Shown one piece after another: positions 19,869 through 29,480 of a stretch of DNA of 64,000 nt; within the stretch, counting starts at the first letter, position 1; the number at the start of each line of letters is the position of its first letter. The stretch is from Minisyncoccota bacterium. Lineage in GTDB: Bacteria > Patescibacteriota > JACMRA01. The stretch is from the NCBI GenBank assembly GCA_014376695.1, contig JACMRA010000002.1, forward strand, positions 7,323 through 71,322, read 5' to 3'. The translations under genes and the position numbers were made by a program. The notes under the pieces are model-generated. The model made no database searches. It worked only from the letters and a program-made list of their open reading frames with translations, and was not told the DNA's origin.

Positions 19869-21362
19869 ATGATTGACCTATCTGATGAAAACGACCTGAA
19901 CACACAACGATCTCTGTTTGTGACGGGCGACGACGGTCAAAGCATCTATGGATTTAGAGGCAGTACGGTCGATCTTATCTTGAACTTCGAAGAATTTTAT
20001 CCAAAAAGCCGTGAAATTATTCTTAATCAAAACTATCGCTCCACGAAGGCAATTTTGGACTTAGCAGAAAAAATCCTCTCTCTCAACCCGAGGCAAAAAT
20101 TCAAAGAATTATTTACAGATAACCCAGACACAAATTTGGATGTCAATTACTATATTGCCCGAAACCATCAAGACGAAGGGCGTTACATTGTACGGCATAT
20201 GTATAATTATTTTGTCCAAAAAGATACCTCTCGCGTCTCCACAATAAACACTGATTTAGGCAAGTCTAATCAGGTGAGGATAGAATCATTCGATGATGAA
20301 TATGTGCGTGAGCAAGCCCAAATCAATAACCGACCAAAATCGGGCATATCCAATATGTTTGATACCTATTTAGAGACCTCCACGACTTCGTTTTCTACTG
20401 GAAATCTCTGGCAAAGTAGCGATAGATTTAATCACTATAATCCTAATAGTTGGAATATCCCAACTGTCGATTGGGAAAAATACACCGGTCTTAATAGTGT
20501 GGCTGTTCTCTATCGAACGCATGCCCAGTCACAGGCATTAGAGGCCGTTTTTAATAGTAATCAATTGCCATACCGGTTAGTTTCAGGGACTAGATTTTTG
20601 GATAGAAAAGAGGTTAAAGACGTAATTTCCATTCTTCGATTTGCTTTTAATAGTCAGGACAAACTGGCCATAGGGCGGTTCCTTCCTTTGATTTTGGATG
20701 GAGTGGGGCCAAAAACTCTCGAAAAAATTATCGCTTTTATGGAGGATAGTAACTATCCCTTGGCACCAAAATATCAAGACCTAGTGACCAAAACATTGGG
20801 ATCTATCAGTCAGGCCTGGTTATCAGATTTTCCATTAATTGATTTTTGTAAGTCGTTGATAGAGAGTTTGGGATATCTTGCCCACCTCAAAAAGAATTAC
20901 CCAGTCAAAGAAGAGTACGATTCAAGGCTCGAAAATATACAAGAATTGTATTCGCTAATGCTTCCATTCGACACCGAGGAGTCAGCTGGCGAACCCCTGT
21001 ACACAAAATTAGGACTATTTCTTGAGCGCGTAAGCCTAATGTCTAATATGGACAACAAGCAGGACGATAACACCCCAAAAATCAACCTTATGACACTCCA
21101 CCAGAGCAAGGGGCTAGAATTTGACATAGTATTTTTAGTTGGTATTGAGGATGGTCTATTACCTCACCAAAATAGCCTGTACGAGCCTAATGGATTGGAG
21201 GAGGAAGTTAGACTGGCTTATGTAGGGGTTACTAGGGCCAAAAAACAATTACATTTAATATCGGCGGAGAGTAGGGTTTTGTTTGGGCAGATTAAAGCAA
21301 TGCCAGTTAGCCGTATATTTAGGCCGTTTCTCGATCGGTACAGCAAGCGCGTAATAGATTAG
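19869..21362 (+). CDS. pcrA: UvrD/PcrA helicase, C-terminal fragment (from motif III; lacks Walker A/B)
   Basis: Starts ~10 aa before 'GDDGQSIYGFRG'; 'QNYRST', 'AVLYR', 'TLHQSKGLEF', 'EEVRLAYVGVTRA'. Confidence 0.85.
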   Translation: MIDLSDENDLNTQRSLFVTGDDGQSIYGFRGSTVDLILNFEEFYPKSREIILNQNYRSTKAILDLAEKILSLNPRQKFKELFTDNPDTNLDVNYYIARNHQDEGRYIVRHMYNYFVQKDTSRVSTINTDLGKSNQVRIESFDDEYVREQAQINNRPKSGISNMFDTYLETSTTSFSTGNLWQSSDRFNHYNPNSWNIPTVDWEKYTGLNSVAVLYRTHAQSQALEAVFNSNQLPYRLVSGTRFLDRKEVKDVISILRFAFNSQDKLAIGRFLPLILDGVGPKTLEKIIAFMEDSNYPLAPKYQDLVTKTLGSISQAWLSDFPLIDFCKSLIESLGYLAHLKKNYPVKEEYDSRLENIQELYSLMLPFDTEESAGEPLYTKLGLFLERVSLMSNMDNKQDDNTPKINLMTLHQSKGLEFDIVFLVGIEDGLLPHQNSLYEPNGLEEEVRLAYVGVTRAKKQLHLISAESRVLFGQIKAMPVSRIFRPFLDRYSKRVID

Positions 21363-21435
21363 CTTGACAGAATTTGCAACTTTGGGTTTATTCTAAACAG
21401 TACTAATAATTAATTATTAAGCTTATTACATCGCT

Positions 21436-21765
21436 GTGCCAAAACAATCAGGAAGAAAACCATCTAAAAAAAGACGACAAAGAGAAACCAAGTTTCAAGA
21501 TGACAAGATATATTTCGAGGGCAAAGTTGTAGAAACTTACCCAGCCACAGTGTTCGGAGTTGAAGTCCAGAGAAAAAATGGATTAGAACCAATACTAGTT
21601 CGAGCTGGTTTAAAAACTATCCTGAAGCTTCGAAAAGTTATGGTCATCAAAGGCGACACTGTAAGACTTGAAATGAATCCTGAAGATATGGCTAGTGAAG
21701 ACGGTGCACTCAAAGGAACGATTATCGGTCGAGCCATTGTGCCACCCAGACTTCCACAAGCATAG
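21436..21765 (+). CDS. infA: Translation initiation factor IF-1 (divergent, extended)
   Basis: 'EGKVVETYP..F.V', 'GDTVRLEM.P.D...GTII.R'; upstream of rpmJ-rpsM. Confidence 0.75.
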   Translation: MPKQSGRKPSKKRRQRETKFQDDKIYFEGKVVETYPATVFGVEVQRKNGLEPILVRAGLKTILKLRKVMVIKGDTVRLEMNPEDMASEDGALKGTIIGRAIVPPRLPQA

Positions 21766-21834
21766 CGTGTAATTTACGGGCGAATAAATATTTTAATTAT
21801 TAACATCCTATAGCCATTTAACAAATTTGATTTT

Positions 21835-22023
21835 ATGAAAGTATTAGTTTCTTTAACAGGACGAGGGAAAAAATTAGCTAGACGCGGTCGCATGGCACAG
21901 GGCTACTTTGCTAGACGCAAAGGAATCCTTAGGTTCTATGCATTTGCTGAGAGTTCAATCGGTAATAGGATTAACTCTAGACAAGCTATCCCAAACAGCA
22001 AAAAACGTGCAAAAAAATATTAA
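21835..22023 (+). CDS. rpmJ: Highly divergent Zn-free 50S ribosomal protein bL36
   Basis: 'MKV..S', 'RRKG', 'RQ' pattern, very basic; lies between infA and rpsM. Confidence 0.6.
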   Translation: MKVLVSLTGRGKKLARRGRMAQGYFARRKGILRFYAFAESSIGNRINSRQAIPNSKKRAKKY

Positions 22024-22044
22024 TTTAACCAGTGTATTATAATT

Positions 22045-22425
22045 ATGATTCGTATCGCAGGTGTTGTCATTAACACCAATAAACAAGCAAGATTTGCACT
22101 TACACCTATCAAAGGAGTCGGGAAATCGAATGTCAAAAAAATCTTAGAGGTGATGAATATTGATCCCACCAGTAAGCTCGGAGAATTGTCTGATGAAATT
22201 ATAGTAAAACTCCGTAATCACATTGAGGATACCTATATTTTGGAAGCCGATCTAAGACGACAAGTTCAAGCAAATATCAAGCGATTGATTGAGATCAGTG
22301 CGCATCGAGGGCTTCGACATAAGGCAGGTCTTCCAACTCGAGGACAAAGAACTAAGACTAATAGTCGAACTGTTCGAGGTAACAAGAGAACTTCACTCGG
22401 AAGCGGCCGTATCAAACCAAAATAG
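22045..22425 (+). CDS. rpsM: 30S ribosomal protein uS13
   Basis: 'RIAGV', 'HRGLRHKAGLPTRGQRTKTNSRT'. Confidence 0.95.
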   Translation: MIRIAGVVINTNKQARFALTPIKGVGKSNVKKILEVMNIDPTSKLGELSDEIIVKLRNHIEDTYILEADLRRQVQANIKRLIEISAHRGLRHKAGLPTRGQRTKTNSRTVRGNKRTSLGSGRIKPK

Positions 22426-22467
22426 ATTAAGTAATTTCAATCGATTTGATTTCAGTTATTATCTTAA

Positions 22468-22494
22468 GTCCTACATTTGTAGGGCATTTTGTTT
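22468..22494 (+). terminator. Terminator after rpsM
   Basis: GTCCTACA/TGTAGGGC hairpin plus T-rich tail. Confidence 0.55.
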
Positions 22495-22508
22495 GGATAA
22501 ATTAACAC

Positions 22509-22534
22509 AAAAAACCAACTCAGTGAGAGTTGGT
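22509..22534 (-). terminator. Terminator for the large surface-protein gene
   Basis: ACCAACTC/GAGTTGGT stem with A-run on + strand (U-tail on -). Confidence 0.55.
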
Positions 22535-22558
22535 ATAAAAATATATAGGTCAACTAGA

Positions 22559-25492
22559 TTATTTTTTTTGTTTGGCTAATGATAGAGACATTGTTAAAGC
22601 TAAGCTAAAACTTGTGGCCATTAACGCGGCCAAACCAAATATGAATCCGATATTATTTCCTGTTTTGGATAGCATACCTGAGGCATTAACCATAATCTTC
22701 TTGCCAGTATCAAAAGTAGATCCGCCGTCAATTCTAGCATTAAGTCCTTGTACACCTAGTTTAGATCCTGTTGGGGTATTGACACAGGTGATTGTTTTAT
22801 CTTTTAGTGTGCAAATACCAGCTGGTTTGGAATCTCCAATTCCGAATAATAATTCTTTTGGAAGGATCTTATTGTCAGGGAGTTGGAAGGTACAAGTGGT
22901 TGTAGAATTTACGGTTACGGCCTTGCCACCGTTGCATTGAATGTCAATGTTCTTGAGATCCCCGATGGTCAAACCGCTCCTTGCAAAGTTTGACTTGACT
23001 CCTGGTAAATCGACATTACCGCCAGCCTTAATCACTCCGTTGGATAAACTTCCAACTGGGCAGTCTCCTGGGACTAATGAGCCTTGAACAGGGGAGAAAA
23101 TACCTAAACTCATCACTCCAGTTATATTACAGCTTGTTCCGTTGCTATATGCGGCTGGACCAGAATAGGTAGAACCAGTAGTTGTAATATATCCACTGAC
23201 TAGCTCGCCTATTTTACCGCTTAGCTCTCCCATAGGGTTTGATCCAAGAGTGGTAGTCGCCGCTTTTAGAGTAACGGGGGCTGAGCTCATCTCCCCGACT
23301 AGGTTTAATTTAGCAGTTTGGCTACCTGGAGTTGCACCGCTGGTTGGAACTTGTGTACATGTTAAACTTGCATTAATTGTACCATTGTTAGAAATTTGAC
23401 ACGGAGTGCTTAAACTATTAGCTGTTGAAATCTGGGCGTTGATCCCTGAAATTGGCATTGCATATGTATTGTTCATTGCGCCTGTCAAAGGAAAGTCACA
23501 TAGAGTAAGGTTCCCGATGGTAATTGTGACTGGTGTACATGTACCGTTGCCAGTTTGATCTGCTGTGATAACTGTGCTCATAGCTGTACCTGCGGCTAGG
23601 TTGATTGGGGCTGAATTGGTTTCTCCGGTTAGATTTAGAGTTGCAGTTTGAGCACCTATGGTTCCACCAAGACTTGGTACGTTGGCACACACAAGAGAGG
23701 CGTTAGGGGTAGCATTATTGAATATTTGACAGTCGGCAGAGCTATTAGTTACTGTGCTTATTTTGGTTTTTATCGGAGCTAGCGGTAGTGTATACTGACT
23801 CATTACATCACCAGTGAGTGGATAGCTACATGTTGTTAAGTTTCCAACGGATATTTGGCTAGGGCTACAAGTGCCGTTGCCGGTATTTGTTTGAGTAATT
23901 TGAGTTCCGTTAGTTATGACAGTCCCAGCTTGTACATTTACAAACCCTTTGTTCATCATCCATTGTACAGTAGGTTGCAAAATAGCAATTTCGCGAGCTC
24001 CTATTTGGGTATTTGATGGAACTGGAATATTGTTACAAGTTAGAGTAGATCCTGATACGGTACATGGATTTGATTTTCCGTAATCTGAGGTAGTATTTCC
24101 ACCTGTTACAAGTAATGCAGCCATTAGTCCTTGACTTGGAAGCGTGTACAGACTTGTAGGTGAACCTGTTAGAGGAAAGCTACAATTAGCAGTAGAGCCT
24201 TGAAGTGCAATGTTGCCTGTTCCACAATTACCAGTTCCAACATTAGAATTGGATATGGTAGTGCTGTATCCACATTGAGCAGGACTTAAAGTAAAGCTTT
24301 TTGGTGACCCATTCAATAATGGATTGGTCACATAAGCTGGAGCATCAATCCCGTATGCATACAAAGTATGTGGGTTATTGTCACAGTAAGCTTCTGGAAT
24401 TCTAAAGTCGTAGCCATTTTTACCAGTGTTGTATGGAGCTGGTAAATCAGGTCGTACATAGCTAGCTGTAGTTTTGCCGATATATGTTCCATTTGATGTT
24501 GATCCGTCGATATAAAAATGTACATCAAGTGAAGTATTAGGAACATCTGCGTCAGTAGCCCAACCGCTGGCAACGCCAGTACTGGAAATACCATCTAACC
24601 AGCCATCAGGGGAGTTAGAGGTTATAGTTGCTGGGGTGGACAGTGTAGTGCCAACGACAGCAGCTGGCCTAGGAGTAGCAGGGATGCAGAGAGTCTCAGC
24701 TTCGGCATCTCCGCCATTTAAATCAGTTGCGTAAAGCTCGACAAAACCAAGCGTGTTACAGTCTTTTGGTCGGTATCCTGTACTATAAGCAATGGATTGT
24801 AGGCCTGCCGTTGGTGTTCCGTATTTCATACAGAGGGAAGTCAACGCTGGGTTAGAATCCAAATTATGGAATCCTTTGGCCGGTATCATGTAAACTCCGT
24901 ATCCTTGTGGACATGCTCTTGCATTTGTAAGTGCTCCGTATGTAGCGCCGCCGTAACTACCACTTGAAGCTGTGACTGTTGCGACTTGGCACATTTGATT
25001 TTGGACTGTATCATTGGCAAAATTATTCATTATGTTTTCATATTCATTACCCTGACCCGCTAATCCGCTGTAAACATATGAACCATCTTGTTGCCCGACT
25101 GGAGTTGTACCAGTATTAAGTGCATTAACACCAGGGCATCTTCCCATCACGAAGATATTAGGCTTACTGGTACAAAGACCTTGGCTAAATGCTTGATTCC
25201 CGACATAATATGGCTGCATTACTCTGGTTCCGTTAGCTCCATTACAAGGAAATAGGCCGTACTGACTGCTAGTACAATTGCCGCCTATTGGGGCAGAGTT
25301 ATCCAGACAAACTGTTGCTGTACAGTTAGTGCCTGCAAGCACACTCCCCGCTGGACAGGAATACACTGGAGCAGCTTGAGTGCTGATGCTAGTACTAATG
25401 CCAGTAACTAGGCCAAATAGCGAAAAAACCATACCGAGCGCTGCAAAAGAACGTGATAGAGCGAGATTTATATTTTTTTGTTTGGATGACAT
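22559..25492 (-). CDS. Large secreted Cys/Thr/Gly-rich surface protein with repeated 4-Cys domains and an LPxTG-like anchor
   Basis: Signal peptide; repeats 'G.C...C.(F/Y)PLTG...Y.(L/M)P...C...L.C..(V/I)P'; C-terminal LSKTG-TM-KQKK. Confidence 0.75.
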   Translation of the reverse strand: MSSKQKNINLALSRSFAALGMVFSLFGLVTGISTSISTQAAPVYSCPAGSVLAGTNCTATVCLDNSAPIGGNCTSSQYGLFPCNGANGTRVMQPYYVGNQAFSQGLCTSKPNIFVMGRCPGVNALNTGTTPVGQQDGSYVYSGLAGQGNEYENIMNNFANDTVQNQMCQVATVTASSGSYGGATYGALTNARACPQGYGVYMIPAKGFHNLDSNPALTSLCMKYGTPTAGLQSIAYSTGYRPKDCNTLGFVELYATDLNGGDAEAETLCIPATPRPAAVVGTTLSTPATITSNSPDGWLDGISSTGVASGWATDADVPNTSLDVHFYIDGSTSNGTYIGKTTASYVRPDLPAPYNTGKNGYDFRIPEAYCDNNPHTLYAYGIDAPAYVTNPLLNGSPKSFTLSPAQCGYSTTISNSNVGTGNCGTGNIALQGSTANCSFPLTGSPTSLYTLPSQGLMAALLVTGGNTTSDYGKSNPCTVSGSTLTCNNIPVPSNTQIGAREIAILQPTVQWMMNKGFVNVQAGTVITNGTQITQTNTGNGTCSPSQISVGNLTTCSYPLTGDVMSQYTLPLAPIKTKISTVTNSSADCQIFNNATPNASLVCANVPSLGGTIGAQTATLNLTGETNSAPINLAAGTAMSTVITADQTGNGTCTPVTITIGNLTLCDFPLTGAMNNTYAMPISGINAQISTANSLSTPCQISNNGTINASLTCTQVPTSGATPGSQTAKLNLVGEMSSAPVTLKAATTTLGSNPMGELSGKIGELVSGYITTTGSTYSGPAAYSNGTSCNITGVMSLGIFSPVQGSLVPGDCPVGSLSNGVIKAGGNVDLPGVKSNFARSGLTIGDLKNIDIQCNGGKAVTVNSTTTCTFQLPDNKILPKELLFGIGDSKPAGICTLKDKTITCVNTPTGSKLGVQGLNARIDGGSTFDTGKKIMVNASGMLSKTGNNIGFIFGLAALMATSFSLALTMSLSLAKQKK

Positions 25493-25602
25493 ATTTTATT
25501 TTTGTTTTTTTGTATTTGATAAGATTATACCACAGGTAACAATAATTGACAAACAGAAATTATCAACCCTTGATTTTGGTATATTTAGAGGAGAAATTGT
25601 GT

Positions 25603-25773
25603 ATGATAAAATTAGAGAATCAGGTGAGTAATCAATACAAAAAAAATCTAAAGGAAATCAGCTTATTGCCAAATGTGATTATAGGGCTACTTTTTGCCAT
25701 CGTAATTGCTGCTGTTTTGTACTTTACACAAGGGGTTTTGTTGAATATCTTCTCTTCGTGGATTTTTCGATAA
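25603..25773 (+). CDS. Possible small membrane protein
   Basis: Hydrophobic helix 'VIIGLLFAIVIAAVLYF'; fills an intergenic gap. Confidence 0.4.
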   Translation: MIKLENQVSNQYKKNLKEISLLPNVIIGLLFAIVIAAVLYFTQGVLLNIFSSWIFR

Positions 25774-25785
25774 ATATAAGTTAGT

Positions 25786-27759
25786 TTATTTTTGGCCAAT
25801 TTGGGTATTCCAGAAGGTTTGAAATAGGTTCGGATTAGTTGCTTCGATTAGGGCTTGAGGGTTGCCTATGGCTTTTATTTGACCTTCATCGAGGACAAGA
25901 ACCTGGTCACATTTGAGGCAGGTAGTCATTCTATGTGTGATAAAAAGAACGATTGAGTCTTTGGCTAGTTCGCGGATTAGACCCATAATTTTGCTTTCTT
26001 TGATAGCGTCAAGTTGGTTGGTACCTTCATCTAAAATAATGATAGATTTTTTGGAAATCAGGATTCGAGCTATCTCGAGAAGCTGAGCTTGGCCGCCGCT
26101 GGTTTGGGTATTTTCGCCGATAATTTGATCAAGGCTCTCGAAATGACCCTCTAGTTCAACTTTTTTGAGTGCGTCCCAAATTAGCTGATCCTCAATATTT
26201 CTATCTTTTAACCCAAGAGTTAGATTGTCCCGAATGCTCATTCCGTCAATCAAAAATGAACTTTGTTCCATAGCGCCGATATAGCTTTTCCACTCGAGAG
26301 GATCGATATTAATCAAATTATACTGATTATTGATTATGATTTGACCGCTGGTTGGATCGAGAATTCGTTTGATTAATCGCGTCAAAGTGGTTTTACCAGC
26401 TCCGTTATAACCGACAATACCGTAAATATTCCCTTTGTTGAACTTAATGTTGAGGTTTTGGAGTATGATTTTGTTAGTTTTGGTCTGTTCAAAAATTTCT
26501 ATCAATTCCTTGAATTCTTTTTGGAGTTGTTCTTTGGTCCAGGAGTTTTGAGTTAGGCCGATAAGTTTGCCGATCCAGTTTAGATTTTCGCCATTAATCA
26601 GGCCGAGACGTGATTGAATACGATTAAAATACTCTTTTTCATCTTCATAAAATTCTGGATATTTAAAGTGAAGATTGCTAATTTCTAGTGTATCTATTGA
26701 GTCTAGTTTGATAGGTCGCAAATCGCTCAAGTTAAGTTTGGACTCGAGGGTCAAAATAAATTCTAGTTTAAAAATCTGGAATCTCAAGTCAACCACCTCG
26801 CGAAAAATCCCACTTATCGAATACAAAAAACCTTCGACTTGACCGATATAAGTCCGAATAATAGTAAAGGTTCCGAGTGTAATTTGGCCTGCAACAACCA
26901 AAAACCCAGTCATTGCGTAAGTTAGGCAAAAGAGTCCCTGATTTAGCCATTCTTGAGCTAGGTTAAGACGCTCATTGCGGTTAAATTGTTTGCGCTCAAC
27001 CCTAAAATAATCGCTGCGGGCTTTTTGATATATAACGTGAAGTCGCGAGACCCAGCCGTTGGTTAAGAGAGTGTTAAAATAATTAATTAGCTTGTATTTG
27101 AGGTTATTTTTTTGTTCGTTGACACGATTTTCTCGGAGTTCACCAACTCGCCAAAAGCTACTTTTGAGATTATCGAAAGCGATATTAAATATTGCCGTTA
27201 TGAGTATAGCGACTAACAAATATGGATGGAGGAGTGGAATAATAAAGGCTAAGGAAATTATTTTGGCAGGGATTTGGATTAGGGAAATAATTAGCTTGAG
27301 TAAGTTTTCTTGAATCCCAACGAATCCCCATTGAAGGTTTCGAATGATTCGCAAGTTATTTTCTGAACCAAGAAATGAGGCGTCAAATCGGGTTAAAAAA
27401 TTGATAAATCTATCTTCTAGGCTTGCTTCGGAGTCTTGCTTGATATTGTGAAGATATGTGTATTCGGCCCAGCGAAGCGTCTTATCGAGTATATTTAGGG
27501 TAAGATAGCCCAGGAGAATGGCCAAAAATACATTAAAAGTCGTCCCGAGCTGAAATCCAAACAAAGTAGTCCATTTTTCGTTGACGGCGTCAATTATATA
27601 CTTCCAAAATAATGGCAAGACAGTAGACAGAGCAACGCTCCAAATAGTCAGCGGCACGATAAAGAGAAGTCGGAAATAAAAAACTCTTCTACTTACGATT
27701 AAGAATTCTACGGTTTTGATTGAGGTGCCAAGTAATTTGGCTAAGGCTTGAATTAGCAT
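25786..27759 (-). CDS. ABC exporter (fused TMD-NBD)
   Basis: Six TMs; Walker A 'GYNGAGKT', 'SGGQAQ', 'LDEGT', 'ITHR'. Confidence 0.9.
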   Translation of the reverse strand: MLIQALAKLLGTSIKTVEFLIVSRRVFYFRLLFIVPLTIWSVALSTVLPLFWKYIIDAVNEKWTTLFGFQLGTTFNVFLAILLGYLTLNILDKTLRWAEYTYLHNIKQDSEASLEDRFINFLTRFDASFLGSENNLRIIRNLQWGFVGIQENLLKLIISLIQIPAKIISLAFIIPLLHPYLLVAILITAIFNIAFDNLKSSFWRVGELRENRVNEQKNNLKYKLINYFNTLLTNGWVSRLHVIYQKARSDYFRVERKQFNRNERLNLAQEWLNQGLFCLTYAMTGFLVVAGQITLGTFTIIRTYIGQVEGFLYSISGIFREVVDLRFQIFKLEFILTLESKLNLSDLRPIKLDSIDTLEISNLHFKYPEFYEDEKEYFNRIQSRLGLINGENLNWIGKLIGLTQNSWTKEQLQKEFKELIEIFEQTKTNKIILQNLNIKFNKGNIYGIVGYNGAGKTTLTRLIKRILDPTSGQIIINNQYNLINIDPLEWKSYIGAMEQSSFLIDGMSIRDNLTLGLKDRNIEDQLIWDALKKVELEGHFESLDQIIGENTQTSGGQAQLLEIARILISKKSIIILDEGTNQLDAIKESKIMGLIRELAKDSIVLFITHRMTTCLKCDQVLVLDEGQIKAIGNPQALIEATNPNLFQTFWNTQIGQK

Positions 27760-27866
27760 AATAAACTAATTATTGGATATGGCTTAGGATCTGTCAATTG
27801 ACAAAAAACCTATTATCAAACTTGCTTAATATACTGCTTCTAAGCCCTTATTAAAAAACAACTATT

Positions 27867-28289
27867 ATGGCTAAAAAAATTAAATCAATCATCAAACTTG
27901 TGATTGGAGCCGGCAAAGCCAATCCTGCCCCTCCTATCGGATCCGCCTTGGGACCCCAAGGTGTCAACTTAATGCAATTCTGTAAGGACTTTAACGCTCA
28001 GACAGCTACTATGTCAGGATCTATTCCTTGTGTAGTTACTATTTGGGACGATCGAACTTTTGAGTTTGTTCTAAAGACTCCTGCGGTTAGTGAGCTAATC
28101 AAACAGTCTCTAAACATTCAAGCTGGGTCTAAGGATCAAGCTCGTGTCAAAGTTGGAAATCTAACTGACGCTCAAGTCACGGATATTGCAACTCGAAAGA
28201 TGGAAGATCTTAACTGCTACACAGTAGATCAGGCCAAAAAAACAGTTATGGGAACAGCAAAAAGTATGGGAGTCACTATTTCCAACTAG
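27867..28289 (+). CDS. rplK: 50S ribosomal protein uL11
   Basis: 'GKANPAPPIGSALG..GVN.MQFCKDFNA', 'GTAKSMG'. Confidence 0.97.
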   Translation: MAKKIKSIIKLVIGAGKANPAPPIGSALGPQGVNLMQFCKDFNAQTATMSGSIPCVVTIWDDRTFEFVLKTPAVSELIKQSLNIQAGSKDQARVKVGNLTDAQVTDIATRKMEDLNCYTVDQAKKTVMGTAKSMGVTISN

Positions 28290-28327
28290 TTGTAAATCAC
28301 CACACAATTGAAATTATCAAAATATCT

Positions 28328-28351
28328 CTCCCCTTCTGGGAGTTTTGTTTT
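28328..28351 (+). terminator. Terminator after rplK
   Basis: CTCCC/GGGAG stem plus T-rich tail. Confidence 0.45.
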
Positions 28352-28370
28352 GGGATATTAGTTTGAATTT

Positions 28371-29474
28371 ATGACATTGCCACTTCAATCAGAACTTAAT
28401 AACTGGAAATTATTTGCAAATCAGCGGGTTAATCTCAATTTTCTACCCGTGCAAAATTCCCAAGGTCTTATTCTCTTAGGGCCTAATGGCAGTGGCAAAA
28501 CTTCGATACTTGAAGCTTATTACAGTTTACTAACATCGAAACCGTGGCCAGGTACAAAATTTAACCAAAGTATTTCTTTTGAGGCTAATTATTTTGGGCT
28601 GCGGAGTTCTGATAATCAGTGGTTTCTCAATGGGCAGATCAATCCCCGTGGACGCGTAGTAACCAAGTGGGAATCCCCCGAAAATCAAATTCAAAAGCCT
28701 GCTGTTTTTTGGTATCAACCGAATTTTAATTATTGGCTCGGATCAAGCCGCGCCGACAAGCTCAAAATTTTGGATATGTTAATTGTTATGTCTGGTGATA
28801 GTGATTATAATCGGGCACTGGCCAAGCTTAATCAAAGTATCAAAGGCAAGCAAAATCTTATTAAGCAGTGTGAAATTAATCCAGAGGTTGACGATATTAT
28901 CTTAAATCAGCTGAATAACTCAATCTACGAGGCTTCCAAAAGTATTTGGTCAGGGCGTAAAAAATTTTTTGATAAAATTACTTGCCAAATTGGCGATTAT
29001 GGTTCGATGATTGAAACGGATCTGAGTAGTTTTGCGGTAAGATGCCAATATAGCAACATTTCTGGTTATCGAAGTCTGATAGAGATTGGATTACCTAGTC
29101 TTCCAACGGCAACGCAATGGGCAAGTATCTGGAACAAAGAATTGATTATGGGTCAAGTGCTATTTGGCGCCCATCGCGATGATTTTGATTTTGAGATTCG
29201 GCGACGAAGCATTAACACCACTTTATCAAGAGGTGAGAAAAGACTTTTTACCTTTTTTGTGATTGAGCTTGCTATTAAATCTCATCGAACAATTAATCCC
29301 GAAAAGTCAATCATTTTTTTGGCGGACGATATATTTAATGAGCTTGACACAAAACGCAATCTCTTGCTATTTGATACGATTGTAAATTGCGTTGACTTTT
29401 TTTTGATAACTTCAGCTCAAGATATAGCGGGTCTTGAGCCGTGGTCAACTTCTATTGACACGATTTTGGTTTAA
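28371..29474 (+). CDS. recF: DNA replication/repair protein RecF (divergent)
   Basis: 'GPNGSGKTSILEA', 'GAHRDDF', 'LSRGEKR', 'DDIFNELD'. Confidence 0.85.
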   Translation: MTLPLQSELNNWKLFANQRVNLNFLPVQNSQGLILLGPNGSGKTSILEAYYSLLTSKPWPGTKFNQSISFEANYFGLRSSDNQWFLNGQINPRGRVVTKWESPENQIQKPAVFWYQPNFNYWLGSSRADKLKILDMLIVMSGDSDYNRALAKLNQSIKGKQNLIKQCEINPEVDDIILNQLNNSIYEASKSIWSGRKKFFDKITCQIGDYGSMIETDLSSFAVRCQYSNISGYRSLIEIGLPSLPTATQWASIWNKELIMGQVLFGAHRDDFDFEIRRRSINTTLSRGEKRLFTFFVIELAIKSHRTINPEKSIIFLADDIFNELDTKRNLLLFDTIVNCVDFFLITSAQDIAGLEPWSTSIDTILV

Positions 29475-29480
29475 GTCTAT

